Origin: Azolla caroliniana | Taxonomy: Eukaryota > Plantae > Polypodiophyta | Direction of reading: 5' to 3' | Assembly (NCBI GenBank): GCA_043228905.1 | Contig: JBHGNT010000004.1 | Span: forward strand, 21,266,001 to 21,330,000 | Length of the DNA: 64,000 nt | Made by a program: the position numbers and the translations under genes | Shown: positions 13,420 to 26,552 of the stretch, one piece after another | How positions within the stretch are numbered: position 1 is the first letter of the stretch | Layout: the number at the start of each line of letters is the position of its first letter | The notes under the pieces: generated by a model | Database searches by the model: none | Seen by the model: only the letters and a program-made list of their open reading frames with translations | Told to the model about the DNA's origin: nothing

Positions 13420-14757
13420 TCAATTGTTGGCCGAGTCTAGGAAAACTCTCATATTATGGAACTCTTTTCCATTCGAAAATTTTCAGCCCTACATGTCTTA
13501 TTGGGGGTTAGGGGTTCTAAAAACTCTCATGAATGCCTTTACTTTGATGTTTTGCCTTCTGAATGACTTCATTCTCTCGTTGTGGAAGATGAAATTGTAA
13601 CTCAAGGGAATATGTTCCCTATTCGTATATTGTGGAAGAAAGATAAAAAAATGGATATTGAACCCACATCCAAATGATGTAAACAATCTCTCTGATTTAT
13701 GGGTCTATGAGAATAAGCCCATTGATCGCCTTTTGTGGGATCCTGGTGAGTGGAAATGGCAAATCAAATCAATGCAAGGAATTCTAGGTAAGCAAATCCC
13801 ATTTTTTTAATACTTGGTAAAAATGGGTAGAGAAATGCTAAGGAGAGGTGTGACTGTTACACCAACAGCTTGTAAATTCTGGAGATTTGGTAATGTAACC
13901 GATTCAGTGGAGTCTATGATTTGGAAATGGTTATGGGCCATGCAAATTCCTAAAAAAGTTGTGTTATTTAGATGGTTGTTGACACATTATGGCATTCCTA
14001 TGAAGTCATGGATGCGGGGACACTGCCAGGATTTAAAATGTGATAGTTGTAGTTCTCCCATTGAATCGGTTTACCATGTTTTATGGATATGTCCTATTGC
14101 TAGAGCTGTTTGGAAAAGAATGTTGAGAATGTTATATCATATTTATGGTAGGCAGGTGTACACATGGGGTTTTGTGAGATGGGGAAGATTAGCTAAAGAA
14201 ATTCAGAACTATGAAAAGGAGTTTGGTGATTTTCTTCTCCTCTCCGATGGAAGACATGTATTGGAGGTATCTGATACTACAACAGTCTGTTGTTTGGAAG
14301 AGGCTATGATTTGGTCTACGATATCTTCTCTAGTAGTTTGGGTATTGTGGAAGGCTAGATGTAAATGTGTATTTCAGAAAATTAAACAGAATGCAGTTGA
14401 GTTAGTCAAAGAGGTATGGTTAATGCTCTTACATACTTTAAGAGGTCAATATGATGCAATAACTGGTGAGCCTGAGGTTGTGATTTGTAAACAACAGTTT
14501 CGCGAAATTTGGCAAAACACTGAGGTCTTCACCTCTTTTGGAGAAAGAATAAAGTGGAGATATGCTCCATCAAGATGGCTTTTTCCACCCCCCGTCTTGG
14601 AACAACCCTACATGAGGGCTTTTGATACTTGACATGCTAGTTGATTTGGATATGAGGGTTGTAATATAATGTATGAATTCGTTGTAGCCTTTCGGCATCT
14701 TTCCATTAATACCAAGGTGAACCTTTTCTTTTCTTTTTAATTTGAGGAAAAAGAAAC
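13420..14757 (+). mobile_element. 5'-truncated LINE-1, ORF2 C-terminus (zf-RVT) and 3' UTR
   Basis: ORF 13814-14632: IWKWLWAMQIPKKVVLFRW..CDSC..ESVYHVLWICPIARAVW, WVLWKARC. A-rich end at about 14750. Left boundary approximate. Confidence 0.85.
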
Positions 14758-15829
14758 GACTTCCTGTGAAACAAACCAAATAAGAAGAAGAACAACACAA
14801 TGGCTACCACATCCCGAAGTTCACACACCACTTCATTTTGACGCACTACTTGTTAGATTCGAAGTTACATTTCTCAAATTTCTCAAGTTTTGTCCCGTAG
14901 TTTTATACTAAGAAAATGGTTGTTTGCACAATTCCCTTTGGTCTATTAGACATGGAGATCATTTTCCTAGTTCTGAAATATTGAGGATTGCATTATAATT
15001 GAGTATGCACAATGCTCTTGTATTTAATGACAGGCTATGGAACTAGAGCATATCTATGGAAGTTGGATTGCTAATGTGCTTATTTTGTTTATTGGAGTAG
15101 AGTTGAAATTCTTTCCTTGATGAAATATTTGTCTTGCCTATTGGCAATTCAACATGTCCAAATACCCATGTATTGGTGTATGATGCAACTGTGGTACCAT
15201 TGTGGTGTTTTCCACACACATTTATTAAATATAATTGTGTGTTTTCATTTGTGTGAGAGAGATGATTTAAATCATGCATGGCATGGGTTTTGAAACTTGC
15301 ATGCCTCGACTTACATTTCTACTAGGGCAAAATGCAACTCTCATGTAGTGCTTAATGGTGGGGTTGTTGAACAAATTACGCTTGCTAGATTTGTGTGATA
15401 TGGATCTTGTTAAGTATTTGGCATCTAGGACAAGAACTATGAAGACATTGGCACTAGGAACATACATAAATCTCAAGAGAACATTAGGAAAAAGGGGATA
15501 GAGTAAATCACTAATCTCTCACTCTAGCCATCGGTGAGGTTTCCGTAAGCTACCGAAGCAGGTTTTGGTAATTGTGAAAGAGACCAAGAAACATAAAACT
15601 ATTTTTTTATATTTTAGATAAGTTTGTATTAATCCTTAATATATATGTTTTTGTTTTTGGATTAAGGGGGACACAATTCTTTAAGAATATTTTATTCAGC
15701 ATTGAAGAAGCAATCAAGTGTTGAGTTGTCCTCCATATAAGCGAAGTACGATGAGGCTAGTTCACATGGAGGATACCTTATAATGCCAATGTAGGTGGAA
15801 TATGATATAGATAGCATTGCAAACATGGT

Positions 15830-16135
15830 GAAAGCATTTGCTCCTCTAACATGCTTGGAAGATGGGGTTAAGACAGTTCATAAACACATAGTACATCAAG
15901 GATTGGAAAATGATATGATGGTTGTAAGTGCTCTTGTCGAGATGTACGCTAAGTATAAGTGTATAGATAATGCCAAGAGTGTATTCAACAGTATGACAGC
16001 CAGAGATGTTGTCTCTTGGACATTGACATTGTTTGGATACTCTGAGTGTGAATGTAGGAAAGATGTTCTCATGTTATTTCACCAAATGCTTCATGAGGGT
16101 GTACATCCAAACAAGACGTCGTCTCTTGGACTGCA
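15830..16135 (+). pseudogene. PLS-class PPR gene fragment (about 3 motifs)
   Basis: G.KTVH.HI..GLE.D..V.SALVEMYAK...IDNAKSVFNSM..RDVVSW...GYS...L.LF.QM..EGV.PN. No start context; lies inside a repeat unit. Confidence 0.8.
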
Positions 16136-17410
16136 TTGATGTCTAGATATGAACTACAAGGTGATGTAAAGGAGGCATTGAGGTGGTTGAAGGGGGACAA
16201 TTTTGGTTCAATGCTTCACGTATATTGGGACTCCTTTGCTGGTTTTTTTCTGGAGGTTGGACTATTCATCTTGTTGATTTGGAGACGTTTATCGCTTCAT
16301 TGTATTTCTTTGCCTCTAAAGATTGGCTAGGTGTGTTTCTTATTTATCTTTACCTACAAAGATTGACTATGGTCATATATGATGTTGGACTTGTATAATG
16401 CCTCTGGCCACTTTAATTCTAATACAAATGGAGGATATTTTTTCATGAAAAAACAAAAGAACCGATTGGTGGACCACGTAAATCGTGGCCCAATAGTAAT
16501 CCAAAACACAAATGAACCCTAGAGAAAATAAAGATTTCATCATCAACAACTTGTGGAATCATGGAAACGAATAATACGGCGGGATACATTACAATATATG
16601 ATTAGACACGAGGGTCTCGGAGTGAAGAACAAGCTTCATTCTCACTAAAACTTGACTAGATCATAACTACACAATCCCTCCATCACGCTAACTACACAAC
16701 CACTTGATCTCAAATTATAACTTGAGGAGATTCTTTTGTTTTTCCTTTTATCAATAACCCCTTTTTGCATTGAAGGAATCGGCCATGGTTTGGTTTAGGC
16801 TTAACCGGTTTGGCAAATGTAGAACCTACATTTTACTTTATTACATTAAGCTATTGACTTTAACGACCAATCAATCAATTGCATTAACACCCCACTCTTC
16901 AATTATCACTTAACAAGATTCGTTTGTTTTTGTTTTATGAACAATTTCTTTTACAAATGGAGAACCTAAAATTCCTCATAAAATAATCGTTAACAAACAA
17001 AACTTTCCTAACAACAGCAACCTACTGAAAGAAGAAAGAGTCATGCTCATAAAATGGAATTCGATGCCTTGTCCACATTGACTTCAAAACACTTCTGTAT
17101 GGTCACCAATTCTCTTGAACCTTTCATTCTAACTCAATGATTATCAAGGTGAAGTTTTTTGGTTGAATAATTGGTGATAACATATGACAATGTCAATCCG
17201 GAGGCTTGTAATAATAAAACATAGTGCTTATTACCTTTAAATATGTAGGCATTGTATTTGAGATCACGAAATGCACAAATTCTTCAAGGGTTTCAGTATC
17301 AAGGAAATAGCTTCGCAATTAGGGTTCGTTGAATGACTAGAAGCACAAATTCTTCATGTGATCTATTAGTTTGAGAGTTTTATGTTTGAGTTAAGATGTT
17401 AAATTAGATG

Positions 17411-17888
17411 CTATTGTGATGAGACATGGTTTGATGGAAAAAATTTTGATACCTTTGAATCCACGAATAGAGATGGATAAACCTCAACTATGGGAATTGG
17501 TAAGTAGGATTACGAATTTGTATATTCGGAAGGCCTGATGTTTGAAGGTATTTCAAAATGTGACTGAAAGACCTGCCCACATAATTTCTGGGATTTGGAT
17601 AGAGATTGTGCATAATCTTAAGTTTGTTGGATAGTATGCAAGGTAATATGCACCAAGGAGAGCTTAAGTGATTGGAGTTTCATGTCATCGGGGGCATATG
17701 TATATTTTATAGACGGCTTTTTGATAAGATGGAGTGGTTTTAATCTGCACCAAAGTATTTATTTAAGCCAATGGTTAGAATTTAGGAAAAAAAGGGGATT
17801 TGTAGTATATCTTGTATGTATGTATAGCCTTACGACGTTTTCTAATACAAATGTAGTATCTTTTTTTGAAAAAATATATATATAATAA
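17411..17888 (+). mobile_element. 5'-truncated LINE-1 3' end with ~15-bp TSD
   Basis: LWELVSRI..YIRKA*CLKVFQ..IW.EIVH.L parallels the ORF2 C-terminus at about 14300-14450. A-rich tail. Flanked by atgttaaattagatg (17396-17410) and atgtaaaattagatg (17889-17903). Confidence 0.75.
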
Positions 17889-20800
17889 ATGTAAAATTAG
17901 ATGTTGAAGAAATTGTTCTTAGGGAGATGATCAAAATGTTGATTAAGGGGGAATCAAACTTTCTTAATATTTATTGGGCAATGAAGAAGCAACAATCATT
18001 GTCACGTTATCCTTGACGAAAACAACGGACAATGAGGCTAGTTTGTGTTGCGGATACCTTATAACGCTATTGAATGTGATCTAGATAGCAAACAGGGTTA
18101 TTTTACTTAGGCAAAAGAGTCTATGAGTGGACAAAGTAAATATGTCCCAATAGAAATCTAGAATAAAGATTATATTATTAAAGATTATATTATTAAGTTA
18201 TGGAATCATGATTATTCTAAACAAATGATCCGACGGGATCCACTACTCTCTGCGATCAAACATACAATTCCAACATTCAAGAGTTGGCTTCAACATTCTC
18301 ACTAAAACTTGACTAGAATACATTTGGCTATTGACTTTGAGAACCAATATCTCCAATGTGCAACCACTTGCTCTTCAATTGTAACTTGACAATTTCTTTT
18401 GTTTTCCTTTTATCAACATCCCTTTTTGCATTGATGAACTAACTTCCATACTCTTACCAAATGATGACTAGAATACATTAAGCTATTGACTCTAATGAGC
18501 AATACATCAATTGCATTAACTACACAACCAATCACTCCTCAATTATCACTTAACAAGATTCTGTTGTTTTTGTTTTATCCACAATGTCTTTTTGCTATGT
18601 AGAATCTAAATTTCCTTATAAAAGAGAAAGTCTTTGCCTTTCCTAACAATAGCTACCTACCAAAAGAAGAAGAAAGAGTCAACCTCATGTTAAATGGCAT
18701 TCATGCCTAGTCCCCATTGACTTTAGAACACTTCCATATGTTTACCAATTCTCCTAAACCTCTCCCCCTAGCTTAATGATTATCAAGCTGAGGTTTTGTA
18801 GTTGAAGAATTTATAATTAAATATGACTATGTCAATAGGGAGAATCAGAATCGTAAAACAAGCTAGTGCTTATTGACTTTAAATATGTAGATGTTGCATT
18901 TGAGATCATGAAATGCACAAATTCTTCTGGGTTTCAGTATCAAATGGTACACCTTTGAATGCTGAAGAGTACAACTTCTTTATGGTGTCAATGAGTTTGA
19001 GATTCTTTTATTTAAGTTTAATGTTAAATTAGATGTTGAAAAAATTGTTATTACATAGATGATAAGAATGTCGATTAATTGGGACACAATACCTTAAGAA
19101 TATTCTATTGGGCATTGAAGAAGTTACTGTAAAACATGTTATTTGTTATTGGCTTTAACTATGTAGGTTTTGTATTTGAGATCAAGAAATGCACACCTTC
19201 TTCATGGATTTCACTATCAAGGGGAAGAACTTTGTGATTGGGTAGCTGAATGATTAAGACTACAAAATCTTCATGTAGTCTATGAGTGTGAGATTATTAT
19301 ATTTAAATTAAGGTGTTAAATTAGATGTTGAAGAAATTGCTCTTAGGGAGATAATCAAAATGACGATTACAAGGGACATCATGCTTTCAATATTTTATTG
19401 AGCAATGAAGAAACAATTGGGAGTTGATTTGTCGTAGATGGAAGCAAGGTACGATAAGGTTACTTCGTGTACATGACACTTATAATGCTTATGAATGTGG
19501 AATCTGACCTATATAGTATATTACAAACATGGTCATTTCACTATATCAAAAGAGTCTATAGGTGGACCAAGTAAATCATGACCCTATAGTTATCCAAAAC
19601 ACAAAGGAACCCCAAACAAAATAAATATCATATTATATATTGTGGAAACATTTTTTATTTTGGACGAATGATACAATTGGAGCCATTATTCTATGTGATT
19701 ATTATACATACAGGGCTAACATGGACAAAATAGCTTTACAATTGTCACCACCAATATTGACTATAACAACTAATCCATTGATTGTATAATTAACTACCCC
19801 ACCACTCCCTCTTTAATAATATCTTGATGAGATTCTTTTGTTTTCCTTGTATCAACAATCCTCTTTTGCTTTCTAGATCCATATCCAACAAGAGCCATAA
19901 CTACGTTGACATGGACTCAACATAACTCGAGCCTTCTTTGATAAGAAGAGATTTGGCCCTTATGTCTTCTAACTTGAGAACTTCATGTGAAAAAAAACAT
20001 GCTCTTATCTTGAGAATTCAAAATTTGTGTCGTACAATATGCAACATATGTTTGTATATCCTTTAGATGGTTCATATTGTGTATAAATAAATGGTCACGA
20101 TAACTAGTGAGATTGACCTAGGTTCATGGATAAGACCATACATCAATATCCAATCAATGTAAGTTTGGAGAAAGCTCCAGAATAGGAAGACATTGTCCCC
20201 ATAAGCTTGAAGCATATCCCTATTGATTTTAACACTTGTTAGATTTGTCCATGAGATTGGGTTTGTTCTATGGAACCCATTAATGGTGTTCTAGTTCTAT
20301 AATAAGCTTTATCCTAAAATTCTCTAGTAAAGTGGAAATCTCCATTTATGGATATAGATGGAAAACCTAACAGTGGTGAAATTTAATCACATTATCATTA
20401 ATATCAAGATGCATCTTTGGCAAAAAGAAATGAGTAGAATTGACAACAAGTGTAGGATTACTACTATAGAAAATGTAGTTAATGACGTGAAAATGCATTG
20501 TTGATTGCATCACTCTAGTACTTTCACTATTTGCCACATTTAGCAACTCACTTTAGGCATCATTGCATCATAATGCCATGTATAGGAGGGGTGAAAATTC
20601 AAATGGGAAGACGAGCACACATAAGCGACGAAAATGTTTAAAAGAGTGTTGGTAACGACACCAACCTAAGAAAAGATGTGTACAAAGAAACAATGTCCAT
20701 ATACATGACAATAGATATGAATCCAACGGGGATTGGATGGGTCATCAACCAAGAGGGTGAAGATGAAGACTGACATGTCAAAAAAAAGGTGTTGAGAGAG

Positions 20801-20949
20801 TGACAATATGGTTATGCCCAAGTAAAGAGAGAGCTATGGGGCATAGTGTTTGCACATGGTGTCGGAAGATGAAGATGATGCTCTCCAGTTCTTTAAAGCA
20901 TCCTAAGCATCTTTTAAGGAACAAAATGTGCAAGCGCTCAATGCCTTCA

Positions 20950-21915
20950 ACAAAAACGAACTTATGAGGGGGGGTAGCTGCATATAGGCAAATTCTTGAG
21001 CTCAATGAAGTAGACGCTTCATAGTTGAAGGAGCAAGCACAAAGGATAAAAAAGAAAACATACAAGTATTTTCTACAAGGATGATATCTCTAGAGGCATT
21101 CAAAGAAGAGGACGAGAGTGTTACACTCGAACAGATGACAATGTAAGAGGAAGTGGTGTGGACTAACCATTATTGCCCACTATGTTCTACGTTCAATACA
21201 TATAAGATTCCAATGTCATTCTTTTTGTCTTTCATTCTCCTTTGTGGTTTTCATAGGTCATCATGGCTAGCGCCATTGTAATGTTTTCGTCTTTCATTCT
21301 ACGTTGTAAGCCTCTGGGTAGATAACTTCAAGTTGTAGCCTTCGGCCATTTTTAATACTACTAAAGAAAATATTTCAATGAAAAAAGAGAGGATGAGAGT
21401 GCTACTAATGGCTGTTCACAAGGCGGAACAAACAACTTTGGTGTCTAAGTTCTACAAAAGTCCTCGGGCAACCTTCAAGAAGCTAAACAAGAAGTATTGG
21501 TGGTTGGGAATATACAAGGTTGTCGCCAATTTCGTGGGGACATGTGAGAGTTACCAAATATATTCGAATGTACGACATAGAGATGAGTTGCACCCTACTT
21601 ACCCAATGACCATAGACTTCAAATGGATGGGGTACATGGTATCCATGGCGATGGAATGGGGGCAAATGACATACTTGGTGCTAGCAAGAGAAGACCTGAA
21701 AAACCAAGTGGAGGGAAGAGCCCTAAGCAACAAGATAACAATGGCAATATGAAAGTTCTTGGGCAAAGACATTATCTACAAGTACGGAGGTGTTGGAAAG
21801 ATAGTGCTAGGTAGGTGAGAGTTGATTGCAAATGAGGATAAGGAGCTCTTCAAGCGACTAGGAGTGAAGCTCTCCCTTACCACTACATATGACCAAGTGG
21901 CCAATGGAAAGATAC
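20950..21915 (+). mobile_element. Ty3/gypsy integrase fragment, interrupted by a LINE-like tail at about 21130-21385
   Basis: ATFKKL..KYWW.GIY..V..FV.TCE..Q.YS..RHRDELHPTYP and YLVLAREDL.NQVEGRAL. Confidence 0.75.
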
Positions 21916-21949
21916 GAGACAAGCAAAAGTCTACCTATAAACTAATGTT

Positions 21950-22440
21950 TCCAAACGACACAAAATGAAGACTACACATACTTTGTGTAATGCAAAGGGA
22001 ATTGCAAGAGTTTAGGACACAAATAATCTAAAAAAAAAATATATGAGGTAGACCCCCCAAAAAACATACCACCCATGAGTTCATGACTTGGTGGTCAAAT
22101 ATACATATATGTGTCGTTTATTATGGTCTAAGCCCTTGATGGGTAGGGGCTACCATATCGTGTTAGATAGGAATGGTCCCATCATTCCTAACAAATTAGA
22201 CAATTACTTCAGAAAAGTAATACGCTCATAAACATCTCCATTGAACGCCCTTGAGTCTACGCACACTGTATGTGATGCATGAGCTTCACTTACCCGACTT
22301 TCATTTATAATCAGTCCCACAGCTTTCATAGAAATGTCGTACATGCCTATACTTATCTGAAGAAGGTTTTCTTTCAAATGCCCCTACAATTGGACTACTC
22401 ATAGACGGTTAAAAAACCAAATTAGCAAAACATTTGGTGA
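21950..22440. repeat. Dispersed ~480-bp repeat, copy A
   Basis: Collinear, same-orientation similarity to 39935-40380 (cataccacccatg.gttcatgacttggtgg; ctttcatttataat..gtcccac; ggttaaaaaacca.atta.caaaacatttggt). Confidence 0.8.
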
Positions 22441-22825
22441 GGTTGTACTTGGGTTAACATTATATGATGTACATACATACATAACATAACATGCATACAT
22501 ACATAGATACATAACATACATAACATACATACATGCATACATACATACATACATACATACATACATACATACATACATACATACATACATACATACATAA
22601 GATACATATGGATTGTAGTGACCCCATTCATTATTGGAGCTTGGTGTACCAAACAAACGCAAGTGAAGCTCGTTAGCTTAATTCTGCCTTGCTGCCCCTG
22701 CGAGTCTCTTTCAAAGACTGATTCTGTGTCTGTGTCTGTGTCTGTGTCGTCGATTCCTTATATAAATTCAAAATGCTTCCTTCTTTCCTCATGCCTGCTT
22801 CCCTGTTTCATCTGAACGCCCGACT

Positions 22826-25800
22826 ATGGACTCCAGTAGCTCAGACAAAGATCTTCTAATCTTCTCAGGTAAAGAAGATCGCTATGGTGGCTTCATCGTC
22901 GATTCAGCTGACTTTCCTGCAGCTCCTTCTCACTTCATCGAGCGTCTCAGAGTATCTTTGGATCACTGGAGAGCAAAGGTACATACATGTGTGAGATAGA
23001 TAGATATATAGATTTTTTTTATTGTCTTCTGAGATAAAATATGACCCATGAGACCATAAATATTTTATTTTATTTTCCAAAAAAGTGAGACCACAAATAT
23101 TACATTTCACGTAATACCTGTGAAAGTGAATAGAGACTCATGATGTTCAAGAACATTACCAATGCATGCGCATACTCGACTACTCTCATCACTTTTGCCC
23201 CCAATGCCCAGTTTCACATTGTTACATGCCCAATTGTCAGAGCCAACTCAGGGCATTATTAACTGTAAAGATTTTGGCACCCTTTTAGTGGATTTTTAAC
23301 TCAAGGAGCTACAACTTTACCATCCCAATTGCATAAGGTGGTGTTTGACACCCTTAGGTATTGGAGACTACAATACAATTAGTGAGGGAAATGGGTTAAC
23401 TTCTTTTAACCAGCCAGAATGGCCTCTAGACTGATTGAGAGACTATCTCTTAAAATGTGGTCTCATTTCTTTGAAGAACTAACCCAAATAGATGTAAATA
23501 ATTTAGTGAAACTGTTGTATATCTCAGATGTTGGTGCAGCGGAATGTGTTGAGGACCTGTAGGTTAGTGTCAAGCAAACAACATGTACTAGACAAAGTAA
23601 TAGAAAACTACCTACCATACCAAATAATCTCATTCTCCAAGTACTTAACAATGATTTATTAACATCAATGAGGAGCCAATATATCCCATGTGACCATAAA
23701 ATGACACAGAGCGCTCTCCCAAACTGTGTACGTGTCCATTTTGCGTTCTCACTCTACCTATTACTGGGAAGTTGGCAGGTGTTGTATCTGGCTTGGGGCA
23801 CGTTGTCAAATATCTTAATTTCTTGCCCACATGCTCTACCCTCCATATTGATGATTGGAGTGTAGGCTTATAGGAGTAGAGAAACAATTCTGGAAATCAA
23901 TGGTATGCATTTTTCTCCTTTTCCTCGGCCCAGATATGGAGCTAATGTAGCATGACGAAGCATAGATTCATTCCGCACGGCTTTATGTATAACCATGATA
24001 ATTGAGTAGTAAATATCCAAATCCACTTTGAAGCAATTTATGTTCTGGAAGAGTAGAGTTTACTTGTGCGTTTATGTATGTTATATTGCATTAATTGAAG
24101 CATTGAAAAAGAAGACGTATTGTACACATATCTATAAATAAGTATTTATATTCCAATAATTAACCAGGATTGTAAAATGTTCATGAAAATATTTCGCTCC
24201 CTTTTAGATGCTGTCATCAAATTTTCAAACAAGTAATTTTAATTCTCCTGTATGCAGTATTTTCTGTCCCGCAACATTTTAAACACACACCTCGTTGATT
24301 TGAAGTGTTAAATCATTGTGTCTGTGGTATTGGAATATAGAGTTGTTATTTGCTGCATAACACACACCTCTTTGATTTGAAGTGTTAAATCATTGTGTCT
24401 GTGGTATTGGAATATAGAGTTGTTATTTGCATCAGATTTCTTCGATTCAATGTTTGCTTTCTTGCAGTCCTTTAAAGGGATTTGGCTAAAGCTAGCAATT
24501 AAGAATTCAAACCTTGTCCAACCTGCTGTTGAGGTAATGTAGTTCTTTACATTTAGAACATCTATTATTGATTTTAGTAACATGTTTGAGTTGCTGGAAG
24601 AGAAGTAAATATAAATCTCATGGAACTCGTCATTGCATTTGGACAAATTTATGCTGCATATTTGAGGTAGTTTTAAAGTTATGTCTTTTGTTAAGTTCTA
24701 GGGAGATACCAGATATCATACACAGATCTTTTCCTTTTATGTACTATTAGAATCTTGCAATAGCATGCAATCTAACAAGGACATATTGTATTCAAAGCCT
24801 GTCTATGTTGTGTCCACCTACAGAAAGGAAACAAATGGATGCACTGGGATAGGTATCATGAAAATATTCTTTGGCTTCAGTTCAAATTTATGTCTACATT
24901 TGTAATGATGATAAATCTTTTGAACGCTTCACTCCAGGAGATCTTTGTGCATCACCGTGCTGAGCCTTTACTTTATCAACATATTCTTTGGCTTCTGCTC
25001 AATTTTAAGTGTATATTTGTAATGATGATATATCTTTTGTATGACGTGTTCCAGGAGGGCTTTGTGTACCACCATGCTGAACCTGACTACATCATGCTTA
25101 CATACTGGATTCCTGAGAGTCCATCTACGCTTCCTCCTAATGCTTCTCATCAAGTTGGAGTTGCTGCAATTGTAATAAATGACAAAAATGAGGTATATAT
25201 TCACACTTCGCTACTTTGTGCTGAAGATTGTTTGTTTTTCTGCAAATGATCCTATGCTGCTTTTCTCTTAGATCTTGGTTGTACAAGAACTAACTGGCCC
25301 TACAAGGGATGCTGGTTTTTGGAAGGTGCCAAGTAATATGATACACACGGTGAGCAGTTGTGAAAGCTTAGTACTTGTGAAAATTAGGAAAATTTGAGGC
25401 ATTTAAATTTATCTTTTGAATATTTACACGAGAAGTTTGGTGCAAAGCATATGAAGTAGGCAGTAACTCCCATGGTTTATGGATAACCAACCTTTGGGTG
25501 TGCATGGATTTTTTGCTTCTCTTTCATAATATCCTCTAATCTTTTTAAAAAAATCTATTACTTTCTATTAACCATGTATATATTCTTTTGTATGGACAGG
25601 GAGAAGACATCATGACTGGGATAATGCGTGGAGTAAAAGAGGAAACATCGGTAAGTAGACAAATTAGATGGATAATTTGAGCTTAGATCTTCTAATAGTT
25701 ACCATGATTGCATTGAATAACAGGTTCAAACCAAATTTGTTGAAGTACTTGGCTTCAGGTCAGGTGTCTCAATTTTCAATTGTTTCAAAATTTTCCAGTT

Positions 25801-26552
25801 ACACATAATTCCTACAGTGTACCATTGTGAGAGATTGGCAATCCCTTATGCATCTTAAAGGATGCTAAATAAATAGGAAATGTCACTGAAGGTATAAATA
25901 TAGTTACATGTAAAATGATAATATCTTGTTGACCTTCACATTATATCTTTTTGACCTTATGATTAGGAGAACTCTTGTCTGTAGTCACATTTATTTGCAA
26001 CTCATTTATAGTTTCTCAGATTGCTGCATCATTATCACGCAAATCTAGGCTTTAGTCTCAGAAAAATGCTTTCAATCTAGGAATAATGGAAATGTGTTTT
26101 GAATACGTTATGTTTATCACCTGGTGATTTCTTTTTCTATAGGCAAGCACATGATGTTGCATTTGGCAAGTCGGATCTCTTATTTCTTTGTTTTTTGGAA
26201 GCATCATCATCGGATATAGTGGCGAAGGAAACTGCAATAGCAGCAGCCAAGGTATGCTATGAGAGTGAAGCACGTTTTTACTCTTGCTAAGACTGTTTTA
26301 TCTATTCACATGATGACGATGGTATTTTGTTCTGTGTAGTGGATGCATTTAGATGATTTCAAACATCAATCATCCGTTATTAAAAGTGAGATGATCACAA
26401 GGTTTGCAGACATTGCGATAGCCCATCAGAAAAAGAAATATATAGGTTTTGGGGCAACATGTCTATCTCATAGTCGCCGAAAACCTGGGACTTTCTTCTA
26501 TCACAATATTCACGACATCAATGAGTTCCTTGATTCGGTCCCAAACATTTAG
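22826..26552 (+). CDS. Nudix hydrolase-like, copy 3, 280 aa, Nudix box degenerate
   Basis: Exons 22826-22978, 24468-24533, 25055-25192, 25272-25349, 25600-25650, 25724-25758, 26143-26251, 26340-26552; same sizes as copy 2, all GT-AG and open. Box reads NMIHTGEDIMTGIMRGVKEETSV. Confidence 0.9.

Larger units (their letters stand above)
15640..19870. repeat. Degenerate tandem array, about 1.16-kb unit, about 3 copies
   Basis: Landmark caaaaga..gtggac at about 16454, 18113 and 19547. Landmarks tttgagatca.gaaatgcac at about 17257, 18900, 19175 and aaattagatgttgaa at about 17895, 19025, 19318. Confidence 0.75.
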
